Shown: positions 1 through 9,227, numbered from the stretch's first letter. The stretch is 64,000 nucleotides of DNA from an uncultured Nitrospiraceae bacterium (GCA_963705105.1 CAVPIW010000006.1:384001-448000), one strand, 5' to 3'. Notes: generated from the letters alone by a model not told the origin. Program-made: numbers and translations.

Positions 1-1250
1 GCAACTTCCGCGATGAGATCTGCGCCGTGAGGGCCGATAATGTGGGCTCCGAGGATCTGGTCCGTTTCTTTATGAACGATGATCTTCACCATCCCTTCGA
101 GCTCGCCCATGGCCTGAGCCATGCCGAGGGACTTGAGCGGAAAACGGCCGACTTTGACGGGATATGCCGCTCCTGCCTCCTCTTCGGACATTCCAACCGC
201 GGCATACTCCGGCAGGCTGAACACACAGCGGGGCACGACACGATAGTCCATTTTGCTGCCGAGCCCGAGCGCATGTTCGGCGGCGCAGATCCCCTCCGCA
301 AATGCCACATGGGCCAGCAGCCAGCCGCCGATCACGTCGCCGGCGGCATAGATCTCCGGATTGCCTGTCCGCATATGCCCGTCGACCACGATCCGGCCAC
401 GGTCCATGGCCACACCGAGTTCTTCCAGACCGATCCCCTCAGTGTTGAAGCGCCTGCCGACGGCCAGCAGTATAGTGTCCGGCGCAAGCTGCGTCCCGTC
501 CGAAAGCCGCACGGCAAAGCCTTCCCCAGTTTCGTCCACGGACTCGACCGTTACGCTGCACTGGACCTTTATCTTGCGCCTCGTCAGGAGAGTGAGCAGA
601 TATGCGGCGATCTCGCTGTCTTCGGAAGGCAGAATGCGATCGAGAGCCTCGATGAGTGTCACCTGGCTGCCCAGTTCCCGGAAAATGGCGGCCATCTCCA
701 CACCTACGGCGCCTGCCCCGACGACCAGGAGCTGTCCGGGGATATACGAGATATCGAGCATCTGGTCGGCCAGGAAGATCCGGGGGGTCGTAGGAAATAC
801 CGGAAGACCGGCAGGATGCGAGCCCGTGCAGACGACAACCTTTGACGCCTTGACGAGGGCCGTTTCTCCACCCCGTTTGATTTCGATTGCGCCGGTCCCG
901 GACAGTCGGCCACGACCCTCGACCAGTTCGATGCGGTGAGCCTGAAACAGCCTTTCGATACCTTTTCGCAGCCCCGTCACCACCCGCCGCTTTCTGGCGA
1001 TGATGGCTTCAATATCCGGAACCGCATCAACGGCCTTGAAACCGTATTCCTGCGCTCGCCGCAGAGCCCGGCCCGCTTCGGCAGAGGCGCGCACCGTCTT
1101 GGTCGGGATGCAGCCCCAGTTAAGGCACACCCCGCCCACATACTTTTCCTCAATGACCGCAACTCTGGCGCCCAACTGAGCCGCCCGGACGGCGCCCTGG
1201 TAACCGGCCGGCCCGCCTCCCAGAAAGGCAATGTCGTATTTTTCTTGCAT
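1..1250 (-). CDS. lpdA: dihydrolipoamide dehydrogenase (3' end runs off the window)
   Basis: Hand translation from ATG 1250: MQEKYDIAFLGGGPAGY (FAD GxGxxG), GGVCLNWGCIPTK redox disulfide, VVGAGAVGVE NAD site, YAAGDVIGG. Missing from the ORF track because no stop lies in the window. Confidence 0.92.
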   Translation of the reverse strand, partial: MQEKYDIAFLGGGPAGYQGAVRAAQLGARVAVIEEKYVGGVCLNWGCIPTKTVRASAEAGRALRRAQEYGFKAVDAVPDIEAIIARKRRVVTGLRKGIERLFQAHRIELVEGRGRLSGTGAIEIKRGGETALVKASKVVVCTGSHPAGLPVFPTTPRIFLADQMLDISYIPGQLLVVGAGAVGVEMAAIFRELGSQVTLIEALDRILPSEDSEIAAYLLTLLTRRKIKVQCSVTVESVDETGEGFAVRLSDGTQLAPDTILLAVGRRFNTEGIGLEELGVAMDRGRIVVDGHMRTGNPEIYAAGDVIGGWLLAHVAFAEGICAAEHALGLGSKMDYRVVPRCVFSLPEYAAVGMSEEEAGAAYPVKVGRFPLKSLGMAQAMGELEGMVKIIVHKETDQILGAHIIGPHGADLIAEV

Positions 1251-1267
1251 GAGCCTCCCTCCCTTCA

Positions 1268-1478
1268 CCTTATCGTTGCAGCACACTGCCAGGAAAGGCG
1301 GGGCTGGGGTGAATGCGCCGAAAACCTTGCTGCGGCGACACCTGTATCAAAACAAAAGACGAACTATAAGCCTATGGTTGATGACACAAAGAGTGGAGTC
1401 CTGAAACACGAAGCTGATGATGCGTATCGTCGCCTTCGGCAAGGCTTTGAGGCGCTTCGCCCCGCCTTTTCATGCAAC
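1268..1478 (+). repeat. palindromic intergenic element (family A), copy 1
   Basis: CCTTATCGTTGCA...AAAGGCGGGG...GCGCCGAAAACCTTG...CAAGGCTTTGAGGCGC...CCCCGCCTTTT...TGCAAC; nearly identical to 29466-29676. Confidence 0.9.
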
Positions 1479-1588
1479 CAGGGTTTACCCTTACAGGAAG
1501 GGTTCTTCCCCCCGGAGGGACGGAGAGAGGTAAAATTTTTTTTCTCCGGACACCCCGTGCTCTCCCGGGTGAAGCGCTTTGTTTCGTA

Positions 1589-2035
1589 CTAATGTCCCGC
1601 CTCAGATTCCCCGCTCTCGATCACAATGGTCGGCTCAATGACAAGGTCGCACTTGAGCGATTGGTTGATCGTCGAATACTTCAGCGACAGGTCAAGGGCA
1701 CGCTGGACGACTTCCCGCGGTTTGTTCTTCACCACAAGTTTGGGATAGAGAGTCACCCTCTTGAACCAGGACGTCTTGTCGATGAATTCCTCGACCTCGC
1801 CCTCGGCGTCGCACACGAAAGAGATCATGTCGATCTTGAACCGCTCCACGGCCCAGATGACCATCATATGGTAGCACATATTGGAAGCCGCCATGAAGGC
1901 ATCTTCAGGGGTGAGTATATCGGGTAGGCCGTGAAGATCGGGAGGAGCCGAAAAACCCATCTCGACACCGTTCTGGCACCATGTGTGCCCGAGGTGTTCA
2001 CCTCGCCATTCCACTTTATTCCTGTAAACCGGCAT
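1589..2035 (-). CDS. osmC: OsmC/Ohr family protein
   Basis: FSAPPDLHG, TPEDAFMAASNMC motif and typical length. The second Cys position reads KYST. Confidence 0.8.
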   Translation of the reverse strand: MPVYRNKVEWRGEHLGHTWCQNGVEMGFSAPPDLHGLPDILTPEDAFMAASNMCYHMMVIWAVERFKIDMISFVCDAEGEVEEFIDKTSWFKRVTLYPKLVVKNKPREVVQRALDLSLKYSTINQSLKCDLVIEPTIVIESGESEAGH

Positions 2036-2047
2036 CTGCTTCTCCTT

Positions 2048-2458
2048 TTACTCGCTCAGAATGTCATCGACCGCCCTGGCGATTTCTTCCGCCACCACCT
2101 GTGCGGCGGCCTTCTCCTCCGGCCGAAGGTTGCGCAGGCTGGTCGGCGGGTCAATCCCGTGCTTTTTCAAGATTTCGGGAATGACCAGGGAGCGGGCGGG
2201 TTTACCCGAAAGCTTTTCGGTGCCCTTTTGGGCGCAGAGCTTTTCGCAGCCGTCCACTGTGATGGTTGGGTAGTTGGCGGCGAACTCGCGCTCTTCCTTG
2301 CCTCCTGCGATAAACAGGGGGAGGCAGATAGTCACCGTTTCGCCGGGCCTCAACTCTTCCAGCACCTGGCGGCATGCCAGGCGAGACAGCGTCCCCCCGG
2401 GAATCGCCTCGCCGCTGCACGAAACGATACCGACCTTGAGAACTTCGAGAGTCATCAT
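2048..2458 (-). CDS. DGC-domain putative zinc-binding protein
   Basis: SCSG, TICLP, ITVDGCEKLCA motifs. Confidence 0.85.
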   Translation of the reverse strand: MMTLEVLKVGIVSCSGEAIPGGTLSRLACRQVLEELRPGETVTICLPLFIAGGKEEREFAANYPTITVDGCEKLCAQKGTEKLSGKPARSLVIPEILKKHGIDPPTSLRNLRPEEKAAAQVVAEEIARAVDDILSE

Positions 2459-2871
2459 GCATCCTCCCCGGCAGCCAGATCGTCCACGACGCTCGCCAGT
2501 TCATCGGCCGCCAACGCAGCAAGTCGGTGTCCGACGTCATCCAGCTCGGCGATGCCGCCTGGTTTGAGATCCTTGTGCGCTTTGTAAAAGTTGATTGCCT
2601 GGTACGTTCTGGCGGCTTTCACGCCGTGAGCCTCGACGCTCTTTCGGGCACAGCTCTTGGGACAACCGTCAATGGTCATCACGGGGTTGTCCGAGATCAG
2701 GCGTATCGCCTCGGGGTCCTCGATCACCAGGAGCGGCAGGCAGGTGGTGGCTACAACGCCGGGTCTTACCCGGTCCACCAGCTCATAGGTCGTCTCCCTG
2801 GCCAGCGCCCCGTAGACTTTGCCGATGCCGCTGCAGGGGAGGACCACGACCTTCTTGGTTATTCCGGTCAT
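2455..2871 (-). CDS. DGC-domain putative zinc-binding protein (paralog)
   Basis: PCSG, TTCLP, TIDGCPKSCA motifs; 4-bp overlaps with both neighbours. Confidence 0.85.
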   Translation of the reverse strand: MTGITKKVVVLPCSGIGKVYGALARETTYELVDRVRPGVVATTCLPLLVIEDPEAIRLISDNPVMTIDGCPKSCARKSVEAHGVKAARTYQAINFYKAHKDLKPGGIAELDDVGHRLAALAADELASVVDDLAAGEDA

Positions 2872-3318
2872 TTTTTCTTCATCTCCTCGGCGATTTTTTC
2901 CTTCATCAGTTCGAGATAGTCTTCCGCCTGAAGCAGGTTTCTGCCGTCGGTCCCCAAATCGTCAAGCCGGATTTTATAAATCCAGCCGGCGCCGTAAGGA
3001 TCTTCGTTGATCAGATAGGGGCTTGATTCCAGTTCCTGGTTGACGTCGACCACCCTGCCCGAGACGGGCGCCAGAATCCCGAAAGTAGCCTTGATAGTCT
3101 CGATTTTTCCAAGTTCCTGGCCCTGTTTCACGTCCGTTTCTTTTTCGGCTGTTTCCAGAAAAGCGACGTCGCCTCTGGCCTTCTGGAGAAAATCTGCTCA
3201 CACCGACCGTCGCTACATTGTCCTCAACCCTGGCCCAGAAATCATCACGGCTGTAAAAATAGCCCTGTTTCACCCGGAAGACGAATTTGTCGTATGTCGT
3301 TTCAAGAAAATCACTCAT
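2868..3318 (-). pseudogene. gcvH: glycine cleavage H / lipoyl-carrier protein with a +1 frameshift near 3195
   Basis: The N-half MSDFLETTYDKF...YSRDDFWARVEDNVATVGVS joins DFLQKARGDVAFLE...GKIETIKA...INEDPYGAGW if one A is removed. Lipoyl Lys lies in ETIK. Confidence 0.85.
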
Positions 3319-3332
3319 AGACCCGCTCCTTT

Positions 3333-3674
3333 TCACGCTGTCAGGATCTTCCCGACTTCCTTCAGGATCTTGCTCACCTGGATGCTTCCCGCAAACCTCG
3401 GTTCGCCGTCGATGACGACAAGAGGAGGAGGGAATTTCCGGCTCACCAGCAGACGCCCGGCCTCCGTTTCCTTTTCTTCCGGCGAGTTGCTCAAGTCGAT
3501 CAGCTCCGTGGCGGTCTTCCCCGGATAGCGCGCCTCAAGTGTCTCTTTTAGCTCGGTGCACTTTTGCAGAAGGGCCTTTGCGTATTCCGGGCCGCGTGGC
3601 GTGGAACTGCAGGTGCAGCCGCCCCCAACGCCGGGCAGATCAAGGATTTTCACTGTAATGAAGTTCTTGGCCAT
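3333..3674 (-). CDS. small thioredoxin-fold-like hypothetical protein with N-terminal CxC motif
   Basis: GGGCTCSS and PPLVVIDGEPRFAG (cis-Pro strand-like); RBS GGAGG upstream. Confidence 0.6.
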   Translation of the reverse strand: MAKNFITVKILDLPGVGGGCTCSSTPRGPEYAKALLQKCTELKETLEARYPGKTATELIDLSNSPEEKETEAGRLLVSRKFPPPLVVIDGEPRFAGSIQVSKILKEVGKILTA

Positions 3675-3703
3675 GTGCTTTCCTCCTTTCAAACCCTTCG
3701 GAG

Positions 3704-4048
3704 TTAAAAGCCCAGGGGCTCCCAGGATTTGAAGATGTTCACCTCGTCGCCGGGATTCGGTAGGCCGGCAATCTTCCAGGCCTTCACGGGGTCCATGAAG
3801 TTTTCCGTCACGCAGTTGCCGGGCTGATGGATGTTCTTGCAGACGGCGCGCAGGATCGGGAAGAATTTGTGCTCACGATAGTAGGAGCGGATGAACGTCA
3901 GGATGTCCAGGCTGTCCTTAGACAGCCTCCCGATGCCCTCGCGGCCTGCCAGCACTGCTGCAACCTTTTCGTTCCATTCCTCGAAATTGACGAGGAAGCC
4001 CGCATCATCGACTTCGATCTTTTTTCCTTCAGCCTCAATAATTGCCAT
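3704..4048 (-). CDS. TusE/DsrC/DsvC family protein lacking the C-terminal Cys arm
   Basis: VDDAGFLVNFEEWN, FIRSYY, AWKIAGLPNP; W replaces the inner Cys and there is no terminal Cys. Confidence 0.85.
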   Translation of the reverse strand: MAIIEAEGKKIEVDDAGFLVNFEEWNEKVAAVLAGREGIGRLSKDSLDILTFIRSYYREHKFFPILRAVCKNIHQPGNCVTENFMDPVKAWKIAGLPNPGDEVNIFKSWEPLGF

Positions 4049-4083
4049 GTCTCAACCTCCTGATACGACGCGTTGTCCTGTTT

Positions 4084-5019
4084 TTATGTCAGTATGCCCC
4101 TGACGATAATGTCCACCGCCTCCTCGGGTGTCAGTCCGTGGGCCATGAGGGTTTCCATCTGCCTCTTGTCGACGCTCCCGATGGCCGCCTCGTGGGTCAC
4201 CTTTGCAAGCGGATTTGTAACGGTAACGATGGGGATGGCTTTTGCCACGGCCCTGTCCCTGACGATCTCCATGCAGTCCACATGACCCCTGGACCCCGCG
4301 GCCCTGCCCTCGGTAATCCCCGTGATTTCGGCGACGGCGTCATTTTCGAGAGCCACCCTTGTCTTGATGAGGCTCCGCGCGTTGACGCCTGATAGAATTA
4401 CTTCCTCCCGAATTATGATGCGGTCATCGGCATGGCCGAAGACCCGTGCCGTCATCTCGACGATGCTCTCATCATCCAGTTCGACCCTGTAATCGATGTC
4501 GAGATGTCCGACCCTTCCGGTGATGAGCGAGAAGTCGCTCGTATACCTGGCCCTGGAACGGACCCGCACCCTCGCTTTTGGAATGACGTGGACCCCGCCG
4601 TAGGGCCCATGGAAATGGGCCTCCGTGTATTTCATCTCAGCGCCGTCCCCGACGTCGACGTCCCCGTCCATCAGGTGTGTGACCCTCTTCGCCGCCGGGA
4701 AGAAGCAATGGGCGACGAAATGAGCGGACGATCCCCGTTCGAGGCGGATCTTCGGGATGATCCTTTGCATACCTTCTTTGTGGAGAACACCGAAACAGAG
4801 GTGAACGGGATTTTCGATCCTGACGTTTTCCCGGACCGTCACATCGGCCGATATGCCGTCGGCCAGCGTCTCTGTCCTGACGACGAGGCCTTCAACGGTC
4901 CGGGCGCTGAGTATCTTATTCCCGTCGGCGACGAGATGGGCCACCCTCTCATTTCCGAAGACGGTCCTGTCCTCCCCCGATTTCTGGAGGGCCTTCAGAA
5001 AATGCTCGATCTTAGACAT
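4084..5019 (-). CDS. smsB: SufB/SufD-family Fe-S scaffold (SmsB type)
   Basis: PVHLCFG, GHVDCMEIV, AKVTHEAAIGSV, LMAHGL motifs; short 311 aa form. Confidence 0.85.
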   Translation of the reverse strand: MSKIEHFLKALQKSGEDRTVFGNERVAHLVADGNKILSARTVEGLVVRTETLADGISADVTVRENVRIENPVHLCFGVLHKEGMQRIIPKIRLERGSSAHFVAHCFFPAAKRVTHLMDGDVDVGDGAEMKYTEAHFHGPYGGVHVIPKARVRVRSRARYTSDFSLITGRVGHLDIDYRVELDDESIVEMTARVFGHADDRIIIREEVILSGVNARSLIKTRVALENDAVAEITGITEGRAAGSRGHVDCMEIVRDRAVAKAIPIVTVTNPLAKVTHEAAIGSVDKRQMETLMAHGLTPEEAVDIIVRGILT

Positions 5020-5728
5020 ACACGCACTCCTGCCCAGTACAGATGAGACACTGTCGCGATTTGTAGAACTCGGCCACCTTGAGGGGATTCCCGGTGCAGA
5101 TGATCTTTCCTCCGCAGATCTGCGAGGCCCTGTCGGCGATCCTCACGATCTCCTCCCTGTGAGTGATGAGGAGGACCGATGAGCCCTTGTCCCGGAAGGC
5201 CCGGAGTACATGAAGGATGTCTCCCGTCGAGAGCATGTCGATGCCGGAATCGGGCTCGTCAAGAACCGCCAGGCGCGGCTGCAATGCAAAGATTGACGCC
5301 AGTTCGATTCTCTTTCTCTCTCCGCCGCTCAGGCACTTGTCGACCATTCTGTTGAGGTAGAGAGCGGGGTGGAGACCCACAATCTCGAGGGCCTCATCCG
5401 GATCGACGTCCTCCCTCCCGAGAGAGAGGTAATTGCCGACTGTGATGCCCTCGAACCGTGCCGGCTCCTGCCACGCCATGGTAATGCCGAGTTTCGCCCG
5501 CTCGCTGATCGTAAGGTCGTTGATCACATGCCCGTCGAAGAGAATCTCTCCGCTATCGGGCTTGTAGCCCTCGCAGCCCATGATGAGGTATGCCACGGTG
5601 CTCTTTCCCGTCCCGTTCGTCCCGAGGAGGGCGTGAATCTCACCCTGCTCGACGGTAAGATCAAAACCGTCAAGGATTTTCCTGGTTCCGGCGGTAAATG
5701 TGAGATCTCGCAAATCGAGTAACTGCAT
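5012..5728 (-). CDS. smsC: SufC-like ABC ATPase (SmsC type)
   Basis: Walker A GTNGTGKS, LSGGERKR, LDEPDSGID, C-terminal CLICTGQEC Cys cluster; overlaps smsB. Confidence 0.85.
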   Translation of the reverse strand: MQLLDLRDLTFTAGTRKILDGFDLTVEQGEIHALLGTNGTGKSTVAYLIMGCEGYKPDSGEILFDGHVINDLTISERAKLGITMAWQEPARFEGITVGNYLSLGREDVDPDEALEIVGLHPALYLNRMVDKCLSGGERKRIELASIFALQPRLAVLDEPDSGIDMLSTGDILHVLRAFRDKGSSVLLITHREEIVRIADRASQICGGKIICTGNPLKVAEFYKSRQCLICTGQECVYV

Positions 5729-5744
5729 TGTCCCTCTCCCGCTC

Positions 5745-6488
5745 CTACTGATGTGGAGTGTTCTTATAGTCGTTGTCTCTTCTCTTCCCCAGGTCCTTGC
5801 AGACGGGGTCGGGCCAACGGTAGTCCTGTATCTCATTGACGATGAAAGACCCGGTGAGCGGGCTGTTGACCATCCTTTTCGCATAGGCCCACTGGAGTTC
5901 CTGGAACGCATCGATGTCGGCGGGGGTGAAGTTCCCCGATTCGATCTTTTTCATCCGGGCCTTCACTTCCTTCGGATATATCTCGGGATTAAGCTTGATG
6001 TGCAAGGTTTTGCCTGTCGAGACCTGCCTGACATAAAACTCGCTTTCGGACAGTGCATTGTCGATTATATGGCTGTTAAACCGTGCCCTGGCGCCGGTAA
6101 GGTAGGACGCAACGTCGGCGCCGCAGGCCGAGTTATTCGAGACGATGCGCAGGTCGGTGCGGTCGATGATGCCGTCGGGATAAAGCCTGTCGAAGGCCAC
6201 CCTGAGTGCCGAGGCGCTCTCCACGAGGCCGCCGCAGAAATGACCGTGGAACTTTATCAGGTCCTTGAGAGTGATCGTCTTGGTCATCGCGGCATACCGT
6301 CCATACTTGTTCTCCGTGTCCCTGACCCTGAAAACCGGCGAGTGGGGCGCAGCGCCGAGCCATTCCGGGAAGTACCAGTCGGTCCCGCTGTCGACAGAGG
6401 GCTTGCCGCCATTTCCCTGCCCAACCTCTGAGAAGGCAGCAGGGACGCACAGCAGCAGAATAATTAAAACCAGGAGTACCCTTTTCAC
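5745..6488 (-). CDS. secreted FmdE-family protein
   Basis: N-terminal signal peptide; FHGHFCGGL and NSACGAD motifs. Confidence 0.75.
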   Translation of the reverse strand: MKRVLLVLIILLLCVPAAFSEVGQGNGGKPSVDSGTDWYFPEWLGAAPHSPVFRVRDTENKYGRYAAMTKTITLKDLIKFHGHFCGGLVESASALRVAFDRLYPDGIIDRTDLRIVSNNSACGADVASYLTGARARFNSHIIDNALSESEFYVRQVSTGKTLHIKLNPEIYPKEVKARMKKIESGNFTPADIDAFQELQWAYAKRMVNSPLTGSFIVNEIQDYRWPDPVCKDLGKRRDNDYKNTPHQ

Positions 6489-6497
6489 ACAATCCTC

Positions 6498-8135
6498 CTA
6501 TATCCTTGCATTGTTTGCATGTTCCCGTCTCTTGGACACCAGTATGATCACCGATGAGACGATCAGCGCCCCCGCGAGCAGGGCAAGCGAGATCAGGACA
6601 TTGTTCAGGAGTGCGGGGTTAAAAAGGAGGACCGCACCCAGCCCGAGCATCATCGTCCCCGACAGGAGTTTCAGCACTCTGCCCTGCCACTCCGTCAGCT
6701 TTTTCCTGCCGAGGGTGACTGTGAAAATCGCCACAATGACGGAGAGCGGGACAATGTAGACGATGTTGTAGAGGACGAGATAGAGGTAGTAGCTCACCGG
6801 CGAAAGTTCGTTGAGTGTCAGTATGCGCGTGAAGACCATCGGGAACCCTGCTGTGCACAGGAGTTCGTAGGAATTGGCGGCGACGGCGAGCACGCCCGTC
6901 CCGAAAAGGATCGACGGTGTCGACGTTGACTTCATGAGCTTCCTCATCCTGTCGAAGAGTTTCGGCTTCGCGCTGTCGGGTATCGTCAGGGAGACCCCTT
7001 TTCCGAAAGCGAAGAAGTCCTTCATATTGACGGCGGCGATGGCGATGGAGACCGCCCCGGCGATGGTGGTGATAAACGCCACATGTCCCATGAAGAGGAA
7101 GAGGTTGAGCCACGCCGACATGAAGAGGAAGTAGATGAAGCCTGAGAAGAAGACGAAGACGGCGCCGATGAGGAACATTTTACCCCGCGACCGGGCATGG
7201 ACGAGGAGGCCCAGGAGAGAGAAGAGGACGAAGAAGGCGCAGGGGTTGAAGCTGTCGAGCCCGGCGATCACGACAGTCATGACGGGGAGGGACATTTTGG
7301 CGGCATCGACCCTCCCGATGAAGGGGACGTCGATGATTTCGTCGGCGATCTCAGATCCGGCCGGGGCGGAACCTCGCCCGGCGTCACGGTCTCCCTGCGG
7401 CCCTGTCACAGCACCTGAGTCAGTCGTCCCCTGACCGCTCTGGAGGCGCCGGAGGAGGTCCATCCTGTCGAGGGGGTCGATGCATTCCGTCCGGGCACAC
7501 TTCTCAAAATAGGACTGGAGCTGTTCCTTCGAGCGCTCGTTGAAACCCACAATCGCGTATTCACCGAAGAACGTGACGGGCACACCCGTATTTTGCAGGC
7601 CGTAAGACTTCGCCATCTCCGACAGCAGGAGTGCCTTCTCCTTGTCATACCAGACCTCATGGCTCTTCACCGTCATGCCGGGGAACTTCTTCTTCATCTC
7701 GTCGAGGAACGGTTTTTCGTCGGCGCAGTGGGGGCAGCCCTTGCCCCAGAAGAAATGAACGACAAAGGGCTTCCGGCTCCGGTCCGCCACCGGGGCGCTT
7801 TCTTTTGCTCTTTTCGGCTCTTCTGCGCGTGCGGGTGTCTGCGGCCCTGATGTATCACCGGCTCCCGGCTTGCCGTCCGGAGGGACGGGCACAATGATCA
7901 GCGGAGTTTTCGCGGGATTGATAAGGTCGCCTGAGCCCGCTTCCCCGCAAGCCTGATCGCTAAGGGAACTGTCAGGGCATGTGCCGTCGGGCTTCGTCGC
8001 CCCCGAGGAACAGGGCGTCCACATCAGGAGCGCGGCGAGAAGGACGAGGAGCATGACCGTGAACGCTTCCGGCCTTGCCGGGATAGTATTTTTTTTCGCG
8101 GAATATGCGATCGATAGTTGTGTCGTCGTGATCAC
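6498..8135 (-). CDS. thioredoxin/glutaredoxin domain fused to CcdA/DsbD-like membrane domain (start uncertain)
   Basis: GCPHC, TGVP, then DSFNPCAF and ELLCTAG in a multi-TM region. Confidence 0.8.
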   Translation of the reverse strand: MITTTQLSIAYSAKKNTIPARPEAFTVMLLVLLAALLMWTPCSSGATKPDGTCPDSSLSDQACGEAGSGDLINPAKTPLIIVPVPPDGKPGAGDTSGPQTPARAEEPKRAKESAPVADRSRKPFVVHFFWGKGCPHCADEKPFLDEMKKKFPGMTVKSHEVWYDKEKALLLSEMAKSYGLQNTGVPVTFFGEYAIVGFNERSKEQLQSYFEKCARTECIDPLDRMDLLRRLQSGQGTTDSGAVTGPQGDRDAGRGSAPAGSEIADEIIDVPFIGRVDAAKMSLPVMTVVIAGLDSFNPCAFFVLFSLLGLLVHARSRGKMFLIGAVFVFFSGFIYFLFMSAWLNLFLFMGHVAFITTIAGAVSIAIAAVNMKDFFAFGKGVSLTIPDSAKPKLFDRMRKLMKSTSTPSILFGTGVLAVAANSYELLCTAGFPMVFTRILTLNELSPVSYYLYLVLYNIVYIVPLSVIVAIFTVTLGRKKLTEWQGRVLKLLSGTMMLGLGAVLLFNPALLNNVLISLALLAGALIVSSVIILVSKRREHANNARI

Positions 8136-8142
8136 CGGAGCC

Positions 8143-8847
8143 TCATTCGATGAAGGGGAGCAGGGTGGTCGCTCCCAGGTACAGTCCCGCGCCGACAAGG
8201 ATTGCCCCGCTGAGACGCTTTGAATAGAGCGAGAAGTTCTTCAACCCTCTTGACGCGACGATGCTCTCCGTTATACCGACAGAGAGCCCTGCCGCAAAAA
8301 TAATGGCGCAATGGGCGACGGCGTAGACGAAAAGCAGGGATGCCCCGTAGAGGATGTCGCCCTCCGTCGAGACATAGGCGAGGATGACGGCGAGCACCGG
8401 CGTGGCGCAGGGAGACGAGACGGTCCCCGTCAAAAGCCCGAGCAGGAATGCTCCGATCAATCCTCTTGCTTTGACCTCCCTCGTTTTTTGAAAGGGCAGG
8501 GGCACTGCGATCAGGCCTGTCATGTGAAGTCCCATGAGAACAACGAGGATCGCGAGGCCGATATACAGCCATGTACCGGTCATGGCAAGGAACTGTCCCA
8601 TGAATGACGCTGCGGCACCCAGGGCCGTGAAGGTCAGGGAGAGGCCTGCGACGAAAACGAGCGAGAACAGGGCGGCCCTTTTCCGGTCTCCGCCGGAGTA
8701 GCCACCGACGTACCCGATGATGAGAGGAATGGCGGCCAGCACACAGGGGCTTGCGGCAGAGAGGAGCCCTCCCAGGAAGACCGCCGCGATCGCCAGTCCC
8801 TGCTGGTTCTGAATAAGGGCCTGCACGCTGCCGAGCAGGTTGTCCAT
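8143..8847 (-). CDS. ccdA: CcdA-family transmembrane thiol-disulfide electron transporter
   Basis: SPCVLAAIP and SSPCATPVL conserved Cys motifs; about 6 TM segments. Confidence 0.9.
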   Translation of the reverse strand: MDNLLGSVQALIQNQQGLAIAAVFLGGLLSAASPCVLAAIPLIIGYVGGYSGGDRKRAALFSLVFVAGLSLTFTALGAAASFMGQFLAMTGTWLYIGLAILVVLMGLHMTGLIAVPLPFQKTREVKARGLIGAFLLGLLTGTVSSPCATPVLAVILAYVSTEGDILYGASLLFVYAVAHCAIIFAAGLSVGITESIVASRGLKNFSLYSKRLSGAILVGAGLYLGATTLLPFIE

Positions 8848-9227
8848 CACAGCCCGGCCTTTTTCAGCACAGGGACGATGTCCTCGTAGGGATAATAACC
8901 AAAATGGCGGTGGAACTCCTTGCCCTTCTTATCGAGGAAAACCTGTGTCGGTATCATGAAGACCTGGTATTTCCTGCCCGCTTCCCTGTCCACCTTCACA
9001 TCGATAAAAAGGACGTCCAGTTTTCCCTGATACTGCTTCGAGAGCTTGTCCATCACCGGCTTCATCTGCTCGCAGGGAATGCAGCCCACTGACCCGAGCT
9101 CGAGCATCACCATCCTGCCTTCCTTCTGGGCCTTCTTCAGGGTGTCATCGAGCTTCGCCGCTTCCCCCTGCGTTATCAGGAGCAGGACGCAAAACGCCAT
9201 GAAGAGGCCCGACAGCAATCTGTTCAT
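8847..9227 (-). CDS. exported thioredoxin-family protein
   Basis: Signal peptide, GCIPC, IPTQVF. Confidence 0.85.
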   Translation of the reverse strand: MNRLLSGLFMAFCVLLLITQGEAAKLDDTLKKAQKEGRMVMLELGSVGCIPCEQMKPVMDKLSKQYQGKLDVLFIDVKVDREAGRKYQVFMIPTQVFLDKKGKEFHRHFGYYPYEDIVPVLKKAGL

